Position numbers and translations under genes: made by a program. Under the pieces are notes generated by a model. The model saw only the letters and a list, made by a program, of their open reading frames with translations, was not told where the DNA came from and ran no database searches. A stretch of DNA of 60,441 nucleotides from an uncultured Mycoplasmatota bacterium (GTDB taxonomy: Bacteria > Bacillota_I > Bacilli_A > RF39 > UBA660): NCBI GenBank assembly GCA_947166445.1, contig CAMVED010000006.1:1-60441 (forward strand). Direction: 5' to 3'. The stretch's first letter is position 1, and each line of letters begins with the position of its first letter. This document shows, one piece after another, positions 20,429-29,216 of the stretch.

Positions 20429-20822
20429 ACATACATGCAATATACGTATCATTTAAACACTGAATAGCACCAACGCAATTCAAATTAATAGTAAAGAACG
20501 AATCAGTTGTTACAAAAGTACCTTCCTCAGTACCAGGTGCTAAGACTCTAAATGTAGCGCAGCAGCCTTCTACAGCTTCAACTCTAAATACAGTAGATGT
20601 CAATTCAGTACCATTTAAAGTATAAGGCATTGTCCATAATGTGTTAGTAGGGCAAGTGTAAAGAGTAATAGGTCTAGTATTGTATAAACTGTTGTTGTTG
20701 ATACCCAAAAATGGTCTATCACAAGAAGTAATACCTTCATCAAAACATTGTCCTTGTTTTTGTATTTTAACTATAGTGCATAGGACATCTCTTAAATCTT
20801 CGCAAGTTTGATTTGAACACAT
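20427..20822 (-). CDS. CotY/CotZ-like spore coat/crust protein (paralog 2)
   Basis: Cys-rich; NTRPITLY, STVFRVE.V.GCCATFRVL and INLNCVGAIQCL motifs. Start ATG 20822 follows AAAGGAGG. Confidence 0.8.
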   Translation of the reverse strand: MCSNQTCEDLRDVLCTIVKIQKQGQCFDEGITSCDRPFLGINNNSLYNTRPITLYTCPTNTLWTMPYTLNGTELTSTVFRVEAVEGCCATFRVLAPGTEEGTFVTTDSFFTINLNCVGAIQCLNDTYIACM

Positions 20823-20836
20823 ATTTATCCTCCTTT

Positions 20837-21250
20837 CTATACACAGTCTACAAATGTATCTGGCAAACACCTAATTGCACATACACATGAACTGTTAACT
20901 ATGATAAATGAATTAGTTGATACATAAGGAAAAGTACTAGTAGTATCAGGATTTGGTGCTAAAACTCTAAGAGTAGCAGTACTATCAGTAACTCTCTCAA
21001 CCCTAAATACAGTAGAGGTTCCACTTGTACCATTCAAACTATATGGCGCTTCAAATAGTGTATTATTTGATGTGTATAACGTAATAGGTCTAGTATTAAA
21101 AACAAATGCGTTGGAATTATTGACTAACCCTAAAAAAGGTCTATCACATGTATTTGGAATATCATCGATTTTTTCTGCTTGGTTTTGAAGTACATTAATA
21201 ACCCTTAAAATATCATTGATACAACAAGAGTTATTTGTGTTGTTGTTCAT
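20837..21250 (-). CDS. CotY/CotZ-like spore coat/crust protein (paralog 1)
   Basis: CCINDILRVI..LQ, CDRPFLG, NTRPITLY, STVFRVE, ATLRVL and CVCAIRCLPD motifs. Confidence 0.82.
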   Translation of the reverse strand: MNNNTNNSCCINDILRVINVLQNQAEKIDDIPNTCDRPFLGLVNNSNAFVFNTRPITLYTSNNTLFEAPYSLNGTSGTSTVFRVERVTDSTATLRVLAPNPDTTSTFPYVSTNSFIIVNSSCVCAIRCLPDTFVDCV

Positions 21251-21280
21251 ATATAATCCACCCCTTTTTTCTTTCTAATA

Positions 21281-21326
21281 TAAGATATTCGTGTTAAGTC
21301 TTTTGGTGCAGCACTAATACCTATAT
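21281..21326 (-). promoter_or_regulatory. SigmaK-like promoter with adjacent GerE-like site for the coat operon
   Basis: Minus strand: ATATAGGTATTA (near RWWTRGGYnnYY), then GCACC-15-AATATCTTA. Confidence 0.45.
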
Positions 21327-21392
21327 ACTAAATAGTATGAAAAAAAGTTTTACTTTTTGCGAATTTATTGTATAATTGTTATAGGTGATTAT

Positions 21393-21704
21393 ATGACATA
21401 TCAGTACTTAATAATTTTTATAATATTTGTTATTCTCTTATTAGCAGTAATAAAAATAAATAAAAAAGATGTAAAGCTAGACATGAATAAATTAGTAGAA
21501 CTTCTCGGAGGAAAAGATAATATTATAAATACAGAAGTTAATTTATCTAGATTTATTGTTACGCTTCAAGATATTTCTAAAGTTGATAAAGATGCAATAG
21601 TAGATCTTGGTGCTAAAGGAATAGTAGAGATGGATAACCAGTTAAAGATTATTTTAGGGCCGAATTCTAAACAATTAAAAAAATATATCGACGAAATTAA
21701 ATAA
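21393..21704 (+). CDS. Membrane-anchored PTS EIIB(glucose/sucrose-type)-like protein lacking the phosphoacceptor Cys
   Basis: N-terminal TM; LGGKDNI....NLSR..V.L.D.SKVD......GAKG.......QLKIILG. No Cys from ATG 21393. Confidence 0.75.
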   Translation: MTYQYLIIFIIFVILLLAVIKINKKDVKLDMNKLVELLGGKDNIINTEVNLSRFIVTLQDISKVDKDAIVDLGAKGIVEMDNQLKIILGPNSKQLKKYIDEIK

Positions 21705-21716
21705 ATTTATACAAAT

Positions 21717-21733
21717 TTCGACAAAATATGACA
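21717..21733 (+). promoter_or_regulatory. Tandem Spo0A boxes upstream of the histidine kinase
   Basis: TTCGACA (perfect reverse 0A box) and TATGACA 10 bp later, upstream of a TATTAT -10 at 21745 with a poor -35. Confidence 0.5.
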
Positions 21734-21766
21734 TAAGTTACTTGTATTATTAATACAGGTGATATT

Positions 21767-23008
21767 ATGTCTTTTTTTGATATTTTAATATTAGATACTA
21801 TTTTGGTGTTATTTCCTATTATTTGTATTTTGATTATTAAAGCAAATATTATGAATAATAATAAAGTAAATAATGAACTGTTAATAGATATTGCAAATTT
21901 AACGAGTTTGTTTTTACTTGTTAAATATTGTAATACAAATAATGCATATATGGTATTGTTAGTCAACATGCCATTTATAATATCAATATTACATAATAGA
22001 AAAACTGCATCTACTATAATAGTAATTGCTTTAATTGTTTTTAATATATATGTAGGATTAAACCCAATATTTTTAATTGGAGAATACCTGATATATTTAA
22101 TTATATTTGTTTTGTTATATAAAAAAGGAATATCAGCTAGCACCATTCTTATAACGTTTGTATCAATAAAGGGAATTTTTTTAACGATATATGAATACTA
22201 CATTTTGAAACATACTAAATTTTTAACGTTAATAGAAATATTTATATGTCTCGTAATCTTTTATTTAATTGGTATTATTGTAATAAATATAATTGATATG
22301 ATAGATAAAACAGTAACTTTAAATCAGTCGCTAAAAGAGTTGGAAAAAGAAAAAGAATTAAAAAATTCGCTTTTTAAAATAACACATGAAATAAAAAACC
22401 CAATAGCAGTATGTAAAGGATATCTTCAGATGATGGACTATAGTGATGTAGAAAAAGTAAAAAAGTATAATTTAATAATTCAAAGTGAACTTAATAGAAC
22501 TCTTGATATCATGGATAATTTTAGTGAGTATACTAAAATAAAAATAAATACAGACATAATGGACTTAGATTATTTAATAACAGATACTATTAAAAGCATG
22601 TCATCGCTTTTTAAAAACAACAATATTGAAATAATTTATAAAGAAACTGACGAAATATATATAAATGGTGATTATTTTAGATTGAAACAAGTGTTAATAA
22701 ATATTTTAAAAAATAGTATTGAAGCAATAAAAAGTAAAGGGAAAATTGATATAAATCTAACAACCTCAAAAAAGTATGCAATTATATGTATTAAAGACAA
22801 TGGATGTGGAATGAGCGAAGAAGAACTAGAAAAAATGTCTGAGTTATTCTATTCATCAAAAGAAAAGGGATGCGGAATAGGGGTAGCACTCTCTAAAGAA
22901 ATAATTAGTTTACATAAAGGGAAAATTAAGTATGATTCGGTAATTGGTAAATATACAAAAGCGACAATAAAAATACCGCTATCAAACACTTTACGCACTA
23001 ATGTGTAA
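21767..23008 (+). CDS. Orphan membrane histidine kinase (sporulation kinase-like)
   Basis: About 6 TMs; ITHEIKNP H-box, LINILKNSIEA N-box, DNGCGM and GCGIG. No adjacent response regulator. Confidence 0.9.
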   Translation: MSFFDILILDTILVLFPIICILIIKANIMNNNKVNNELLIDIANLTSLFLLVKYCNTNNAYMVLLVNMPFIISILHNRKTASTIIVIALIVFNIYVGLNPIFLIGEYLIYLIIFVLLYKKGISASTILITFVSIKGIFLTIYEYYILKHTKFLTLIEIFICLVIFYLIGIIVINIIDMIDKTVTLNQSLKELEKEKELKNSLFKITHEIKNPIAVCKGYLQMMDYSDVEKVKKYNLIIQSELNRTLDIMDNFSEYTKIKINTDIMDLDYLITDTIKSMSSLFKNNNIEIIYKETDEIYINGDYFRLKQVLINILKNSIEAIKSKGKIDINLTTSKKYAIICIKDNGCGMSEEELEKMSELFYSSKEKGCGIGVALSKEIISLHKGKIKYDSVIGKYTKATIKIPLSNTLRTNV

Positions 23009-23085
23009 AATATTGAAAATAATATGAAAAACTATTTACAATAACAAACTTATTATGTATATTTGTATCATAAGGAAGTGATAAT

Positions 23086-23775
23086 ATGATAAAAAAGATA
23101 AGTTCATTATTATTAGTGGTGGTATTTGGTTTTTGTTTTATAAGTGTTGTTAATGCTGAAGAATTGGATTTAAGTAGTGTTGCTAGTCTTACCAATGTCA
23201 TTGGAGGAACAGATGCAGAAATAGTTCAAATTGCTGACGGCTCATATAAATTTTACTATAAATTACAAGCAATTGATGATAGCGATTTTGCTACATACGT
23301 TAGTTCTAAATATATTGTTGATAATGGCGATGAAAGTACTGATGAATATGTAGAAGCTCAATCAAGAGTTGCTGATTATGAAGAAGCATTTAATAGTTTA
23401 ATCCCAACATTAAACACAACAGCTGATTTAAATGGTTGGACAGAAAGTACTGATAAACAAATCAAACCAACAGGTATTAATTATGAAGTAGGAAAACATC
23501 ATGGTTATGTTTTAGCAGTTGCAGCAGTTAAAAATCAAACAATCTATGCGAGTAGAGTTATTTTAGAAACTACAAGTGATGCTACATTGGGAGACATTGT
23601 TTATAATACAAACGATGCAAGTGAATATGCTAGTAATACTCAAAGTGTAATTGAACAAGAAGATGCAAAAACTACTTCTAATCCTGAAACTGGGCTTGAT
23701 GACTATGCTATTTATTTAGTACCTCTATCTATCGTTTTAGGATCAGGTATATTATTAAGAAGAAACTATGCATAA
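23086..23775 (+). CDS. Secreted acidic protein with sortase sorting signal (NPETG)
   Basis: Signal peptide ending VNA; C-terminal NPETG + hydrophobic helix + RR. Confidence 0.75.
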   Translation: MIKKISSLLLVVVFGFCFISVVNAEELDLSSVASLTNVIGGTDAEIVQIADGSYKFYYKLQAIDDSDFATYVSSKYIVDNGDESTDEYVEAQSRVADYEEAFNSLIPTLNTTADLNGWTESTDKQIKPTGINYEVGKHHGYVLAVAAVKNQTIYASRVILETTSDATLGDIVYNTNDASEYASNTQSVIEQEDAKTTSNPETGLDDYAIYLVPLSIVLGSGILLRRNYA

Positions 23776-23853
23776 GACCTTTATGGTCTTTTCTTTTTGT
23801 TGTAATAATAAGTATTTACGTGTTATAATAAATACAGATTTGAGGTGTTTTAT

Positions 23854-24351
23854 GTGGAATATATAGATATAGGAAGAATAACTAGCACACATGGATTAAA
23901 AGGTGAACTAAAATTAAAAAGTTCTTTTTTGTATATTGAAAAAGTTCTAAAGCCAGATTTCTCTTTCTTTCTAGGAGATCAAAAAGAAGAAGTTAAACTT
24001 TCAAAATATAGATTTCACAATGGGACATATTTATTAACTTTTAAAGATTATGAAGATATAAATTTAGTAGAAAATTTTAGAAATAAAGAAATATATATTA
24101 CAAGACAAAGCCTTAAATTAAAAGAAAATGAGTTTTTATTTGAAGATTATATAGGATTAACTGCCTATTATAAAGAAAAAGTGTTAGGGAAAATACAAGA
24201 TATAGTGAACTGTGGCAATAATAATTATGTGTTTTATATAAAAAATGATAAAGAAATACTTATACCTGTTAATGAAAAGTTTATAGATAGAGTAGTGATA
24301 AACGACAAAATAGTTTTTAAAGAAGTGGAGGGATTGATTGATGCAAATTGA
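23854..24351 (+). CDS. rimM: Ribosome maturation factor RimM
   Basis: IGRI..THGLKGELK and ILIP motifs; upstream of trmD. Confidence 0.93.
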   Translation: MEYIDIGRITSTHGLKGELKLKSSFLYIEKVLKPDFSFFLGDQKEEVKLSKYRFHNGTYLLTFKDYEDINLVENFRNKEIYITRQSLKLKENEFLFEDYIGLTAYYKEKVLGKIQDIVNCGNNNYVFYIKNDKEILIPVNEKFIDRVVINDKIVFKEVEGLIDAN

Positions 24352-25006
24352 TATACTTACACTCTTTCCAGAAATGTTTGATGGTTTTTTAACAGAATCA
24401 ATAATAAAAAGAGCAATTGAAAAAGAACAAGTAAAGATAAATATAATTAACTTTAGAGACTATACAACTGATCCACATGGCAAAGTAGACGATACACCTT
24501 TCGGAGGAGGAGCAGGTATGGTTCTTCAAATAGAACCTATCTATAATGCGTTAGAAAAAATAAAAACAGAAGATTCTCATATTATACTTCTAACTCCAAG
24601 TGGCAAAACATTTAATCAAAAGAAAGCTAAAGAATTATCAGTAAAAAAACATATTATTTTAATATGTGGTCATTATGAAGGATTTGATTACAGAATAAAA
24701 GAATTAGTAGATGAAGAAATATCAATTGGAGATTTCGTTTTAACTGGCGGAGAACTACCTTCTATGATGATAAGCGATGCAGTAATTAGATTAATACCTG
24801 GTGTAATAAGTAGTGAATCATTAGAAAGTGAATCATTTGATGATGAACTATTAGATTATCCAGTTTATACAAAGCCACGAGACTTTAAGGGCATGAAAGT
24901 ACCAGATGTATTATTAAGTGGTAACCATGCTAAAATCGAAGAATATAGGCAATTAGAAAGGCAAAAAATAACAAGAGAAAAGCAAGAAAAAGAAAACAAT
25001 AATTAA
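24341..25006 (+). CDS. trmD: tRNA (guanine37-N1)-methyltransferase
   Basis: LTLFPEMF, VDDTPFGGGAGM, CGHYEG and SIGDFVLTGGE motifs. Confidence 0.97.
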   Translation: MQIDILTLFPEMFDGFLTESIIKRAIEKEQVKINIINFRDYTTDPHGKVDDTPFGGGAGMVLQIEPIYNALEKIKTEDSHIILLTPSGKTFNQKKAKELSVKKHIILICGHYEGFDYRIKELVDEEISIGDFVLTGGELPSMMISDAVIRLIPGVISSESLESESFDDELLDYPVYTKPRDFKGMKVPDVLLSGNHAKIEEYRQLERQKITREKQEKENNN

Positions 25007-25015
25007 GGTGGTGTT

Positions 25016-25474
25016 TTGATGAAATCTGAAAAAAAATTTGTCATAAAAAAAGATGCAAAAACCGATGTTATTACTTATATGGAGTATGAAAAATTAAAAG
25101 GATTTAGTGTAAAACCAAAAAACAATGTTACTTTTGAAGATATGATAAACGTTGATGAAATGATTTTAATTAATCCTAGTTTAATTGAAAAACTTATTAC
25201 AAAAAAATGTACAAAAACATTTGATAGAATTATAAAAATGATATCAATAGTATCAGATGATGACGATGATTCTGGATATATGTTAATACTTGATGAAATA
25301 GAAAGATTCAAAAATCTCCTTATTAATAAATATAAAAAGTATATGGAAGAAAAAGAATATGAGCTTAATTTAAAAAAACTAGAACTATTAAAAGGAGAAA
25401 TAGAACATAGAAAAAATGCATTAATAGAAACATTAAATGTAGAATTAAATAAAAAAGGTAAATCTTCAAGATAG
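25016..25474 (+). CDS. Hypothetical protein (coiled-coil C-terminus)
   Basis: RBS AAGGTGG; in operon between trmD and fmt. Confidence 0.65.
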   Translation: MMKSEKKFVIKKDAKTDVITYMEYEKLKGFSVKPKNNVTFEDMINVDEMILINPSLIEKLITKKCTKTFDRIIKMISIVSDDDDDSGYMLILDEIERFKNLLINKYKKYMEEKEYELNLKKLELLKGEIEHRKNALIETLNVELNKKGKSSR

Positions 25475-25484
25475 GAAGTGTTTT

Positions 25485-26423
25485 ATGAAAGATAAAAAGG
25501 TAGTATTTATGGGGACTCCAGAGTATAGTGTTCCTATTTTAGAAATGCTAATAAAAGAAACAACTGTAATAGGAGTAGTAACACAACCAGACAAAGAAGT
25601 TGGAAGAAAAAGAATTTTAACACCATGTCCAGTAAAAAGTGTTGCTTTAGAAAATAATATACCTGTATTAACACCCACAAGAATAAAAGATGATTATCAA
25701 AGTATCATAGATATAAAACCAGATATTATAATAACGTGTGCATATGGCCAAATAATACCCGAAGAGTTAATATATGCACCAAAATATAATACTATAAACG
25801 TTCATGCTTCACTTTTGCCCAAATATAGAGGTGGAGCTCCAATTCACCATGCAATTATAAATGGAGAAAATGAAATAGGAGTAACAATAATGTATACAGA
25901 TAAAGGTATGGATAGTGGGGATATAATAAAAAAATCTTCATTTAAACTTGATATCAATGATACATATGATGTTGTTAGTAAAAAAATGAGTATCCTTGGA
26001 GCAAATCTTTTAAAAGAAGTTTTACCATCAGTTTTTGATGAAACTTGTGAAAGAATAAAACAAAATGAACAAGAAAAAACTCTTGCCCCAATAATAAAAA
26101 GAGAAGACGAACATATAAATTTTGATAACGATGCTATAAATGTTCATAATCAAATAAGGGGGTTGTCTTCAGTACCTGGAGCATATGCTGTTTTAGATGA
26201 TAAGAATATAAAAATATTTTTATCAAATCTGGAAAGTTGTAACAAAACAGATGAAATTCCTGGAACAATAACTAGAGTCACAAAAGATTCAATATTTGTA
26301 GCTTGTTCAGATCAAGAGATAAGTTTAGTAAAAATACAAATACCTGGCAAAAAACCAATGTTAGTTAAGGACTATTTAAATGGAATAGATAAGAGTAGCC
26401 TTATTGGTAAAAAATTCATATAA
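25485..26423 (+). CDS. fmt: Methionyl-tRNA formyltransferase
   Basis: FMGTP, VVTQPD and NVHASLLPKYRGGAPIH motifs. Confidence 0.97.
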   Translation: MKDKKVVFMGTPEYSVPILEMLIKETTVIGVVTQPDKEVGRKRILTPCPVKSVALENNIPVLTPTRIKDDYQSIIDIKPDIIITCAYGQIIPEELIYAPKYNTINVHASLLPKYRGGAPIHHAIINGENEIGVTIMYTDKGMDSGDIIKKSSFKLDINDTYDVVSKKMSILGANLLKEVLPSVFDETCERIKQNEQEKTLAPIIKREDEHINFDNDAINVHNQIRGLSSVPGAYAVLDDKNIKIFLSNLESCNKTDEIPGTITRVTKDSIFVACSDQEISLVKIQIPGKKPMLVKDYLNGIDKSSLIGKKFI

Positions 26424-26424
26424 A

Positions 26425-26455
26425 AAGTACTAGAAAAACTAGTACTTATTTTTTT
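26425..26455. terminator. Bidirectional terminator between fmt and the Fic gene
   Basis: AAGTACTAG-AAAAA-CTAGTACTT flanked by A and T tracts. Confidence 0.75.
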
Positions 26456-27378
26456 AATGTTCTAACATGCATATTTTCAACTTGTTCTATTACTTCAGGT
26501 CTCATTTTTTCTTTTATTTTCATAATCTTCTCCATTAATTCATCCATGTTATTAATTATGTTTCTATTTCTATATAATTGTTCATCATACATACTAAGCA
26601 TTAGATTAAACCAAAAGTTTATCCATTTATTATTATCATGATCTAAATCAAAATAAATATTATCTGGACCATTTACATATCCTCCCTTATTTATTTTTAT
26701 ACTTTCTGATATATTAATTGGAGATATTTTTAAATTCATACCATATATTCTATTTAATGATTCTGTAAACTTAATATTGTGAAGTGTTCTAGCGGTTCTA
26801 CCATTACCATCAAAATATGGATGTATTTTTAAGAATAATAAATGAATAAGGGAACTTTTTAGAAACGGATTAGAATTAAGAACTGAAGGACTACTTGATT
26901 TATAGACTTCCAAGAATTTATCCATAAATGCTTTTATGTCCTCAGGTTCAGCCCCATACCAAAATATTTCTTCTGTATTGTCATAAACATCACTAACTCT
27001 AATTGGAGTTTTACGATACGTTCCAACTTTAGGATTATCTTTTTGATCATTCATTACAAATCTATGAATATTGTGAATTCTGTTATGACTAATGCTTAAT
27101 CTATCCATAAATAAATTGCTTATTGAAAGGTCAAAATCTTTAATGCTGTGATGTTCTATAGAGTTACTATTTTTTACTTCATCATAAAATAAACTTATCC
27201 AAAAATATAAGACAAATGAATCATCATATGTAGCAAGTTTTCTAAAATACTCATCAAAGTTTTTATTAGTGTCTTCCATATGTTCTAAAACCATTGGAGA
27301 AAGCTTTATTCTACTTATAAAGTCAAATAAGTCAAAGTATTCTATTTTATTGGCAACGTCGCTTTTTATCACGTTCAT
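26446..27378 (-). CDS. Fic-domain protein
   Basis: HPYFDGNGRTAR catalytic motif; SNSIEH autoinhibition-like motif. Start ATG 27378 follows AGGGGTGG. Confidence 0.9.
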   Translation of the reverse strand: MNVIKSDVANKIEYFDLFDFISRIKLSPMVLEHMEDTNKNFDEYFRKLATYDDSFVLYFWISLFYDEVKNSNSIEHHSIKDFDLSISNLFMDRLSISHNRIHNIHRFVMNDQKDNPKVGTYRKTPIRVSDVYDNTEEIFWYGAEPEDIKAFMDKFLEVYKSSSPSVLNSNPFLKSSLIHLLFLKIHPYFDGNGRTARTLHNIKFTESLNRIYGMNLKISPINISESIKINKGGYVNGPDNIYFDLDHDNNKWINFWFNLMLSMYDEQLYRNRNIINNMDELMEKIMKIKEKMRPEVIEQVENMHVRTLKK

Positions 27379-27539
27379 ATTACCACCCCTTTGAAATTTC
27401 ACATATTATAACATATTTTGTTGTTTTTGTAAATATCTTAAGCCACTTTTGCATTTATATATTTTTTTGTATTTTTTTTAATTTTGTGCTATAATCTATA
27501 TGTTGCTTACTATATAAAAAAATTAAGAAGGGAGATTTT

Positions 27540-29186
27540 ATGAGTAAAATAAAAATTTTTGCCCTTGGTGGGCTTAATGAAAACGGCAAAAATATGTATG
27601 TTGTCGATGTAGATGATAATATATTTGTTTTTGATGCCGGATTAAAATATCCAACTGCAAATATGCTTGGAGTAGATTATATAATTCCAAAATTTGACTA
27701 TTTAATAGAAAATAAAAAGAAAATAAGAGGTATATTCTTAACACATGCTCACGATGGAAATATTGGAGCTATGGCAGATGTTATGAGTGAACTTCCAGAT
27801 GTTCCTGTATATGCAACAAAATTTACTATGACAGTTTTAAAGATAGAATTAGAAAAGTATAATATTGAGGCTACTAATTTGAAGGAGATAAGACCACATT
27901 CTAAAATAGATGTATCAGGGTTCTCCATCTTTCCGATTGCAGTTACTCATTCAATACCAGAAACTGTGGCTTTTGTATTATATACAAATGATGGAGCAAT
28001 AGTATATGCAACCGATTTTGTGTTTGATTCATCAATGCTTGGAGCATATAAGACAGATATTGGGAAACTTGCCTATGTAGGAAAGCAAGGAGTTCTATGT
28101 TTGATGGCAGAATCATCATATGCCTATAGAGAAGGGCACACTAGTCCTTATCATAGAATATCTAATGAAATATGGAATATTTTAAATAAGACAGAAGATA
28201 GAATAATTATTAGCCTTATTCCAGAACATGTATATAGAATTCAAGAGATATTTGATGGAGTATCTAAAACAAAAAGAAAAGTAGTATTGATGGGAAAACA
28301 ATTGCAACGTTTAGTAAACTTTGCCAGTGAATCAAAGTATTTAAATTTTGATCAATCTATAATTGGTGATTTATCAAATATAAACGATAAAGATGTAGTA
28401 ATAATTACATCAAATGAAAAGGATAAATCATACGCAAATTTAGAAAAAATAATAAGTAGATATGACAAATATATTACTTTAAAAGAAGGAGATACAGTTT
28501 TTATTGCAGAACCCGTATATCCTGGAGATGAGAAAAAAATAGCTAAAATTATAGATGATTTGTCAAGATTAGACGTGGATGTTGTTACTTTACCACCTAG
28601 TAAACATGTTCTTCATCATCCATCAAGTGAAGATTTAATGCAAATGATCAATTTAATGAATCCAAAGTATTATTTTCCAATAAAAGGAGAGTATAGATAT
28701 CAATATATGAATGCTGCGGTTGCAGAACAAGCTGGATTAAATAAAGATAATATTTTATTAAAACTAAATGGAGATGTAATTAAGTTTGTAGATGGAAAAC
28801 TAATAGACGAACCAGAACATATACCTGCAGATGAAACATTGATAGATGGTACTAGTTCTGATGATATTGGAGATTTAGTTTTAAAAGATCGTGAACTTTT
28901 ATCAAAAAATGGTATAGTTATAGTAAGTGCAACAATTGATAAAAAAACAAAAAAAATAATAGCTAGTCCTCAAATACTTACAAGAGGTTTTATATATGTA
29001 AAAGACAACTTAGATATTATAGAAAAAAGTGAAGCAATATCAAACGAAGTAATTGAAGAATGCATAACAGGTAAGAAAGTTGACTTTTCGGCTATAAAAA
29101 CAAAAATAAGAGAAAAACTAGGTAATTATTTTAATGAAAAAACAGGATCTATTCCAATGATAATTACAGTGATTTTAGAAATATAA
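27540..29186 (+). CDS. rnj: Ribonuclease J (J2-like, degenerate metal site)
   Basis: ALGGLNENGKNM, THAHDGNIG (versus HGHEDH), VTHSIPE and TRGFIY motifs. Confidence 0.9.
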   Translation: MSKIKIFALGGLNENGKNMYVVDVDDNIFVFDAGLKYPTANMLGVDYIIPKFDYLIENKKKIRGIFLTHAHDGNIGAMADVMSELPDVPVYATKFTMTVLKIELEKYNIEATNLKEIRPHSKIDVSGFSIFPIAVTHSIPETVAFVLYTNDGAIVYATDFVFDSSMLGAYKTDIGKLAYVGKQGVLCLMAESSYAYREGHTSPYHRISNEIWNILNKTEDRIIISLIPEHVYRIQEIFDGVSKTKRKVVLMGKQLQRLVNFASESKYLNFDQSIIGDLSNINDKDVVIITSNEKDKSYANLEKIISRYDKYITLKEGDTVFIAEPVYPGDEKKIAKIIDDLSRLDVDVVTLPPSKHVLHHPSSEDLMQMINLMNPKYYFPIKGEYRYQYMNAAVAEQAGLNKDNILLKLNGDVIKFVDGKLIDEPEHIPADETLIDGTSSDDIGDLVLKDRELLSKNGIVIVSATIDKKTKKIIASPQILTRGFIYVKDNLDIIEKSEAISNEVIEECITGKKVDFSAIKTKIREKLGNYFNEKTGSIPMIITVILEI

Positions 29187-29216
29187 AAAGAATATCAAAT
29201 AAATTGATATTCTTTT

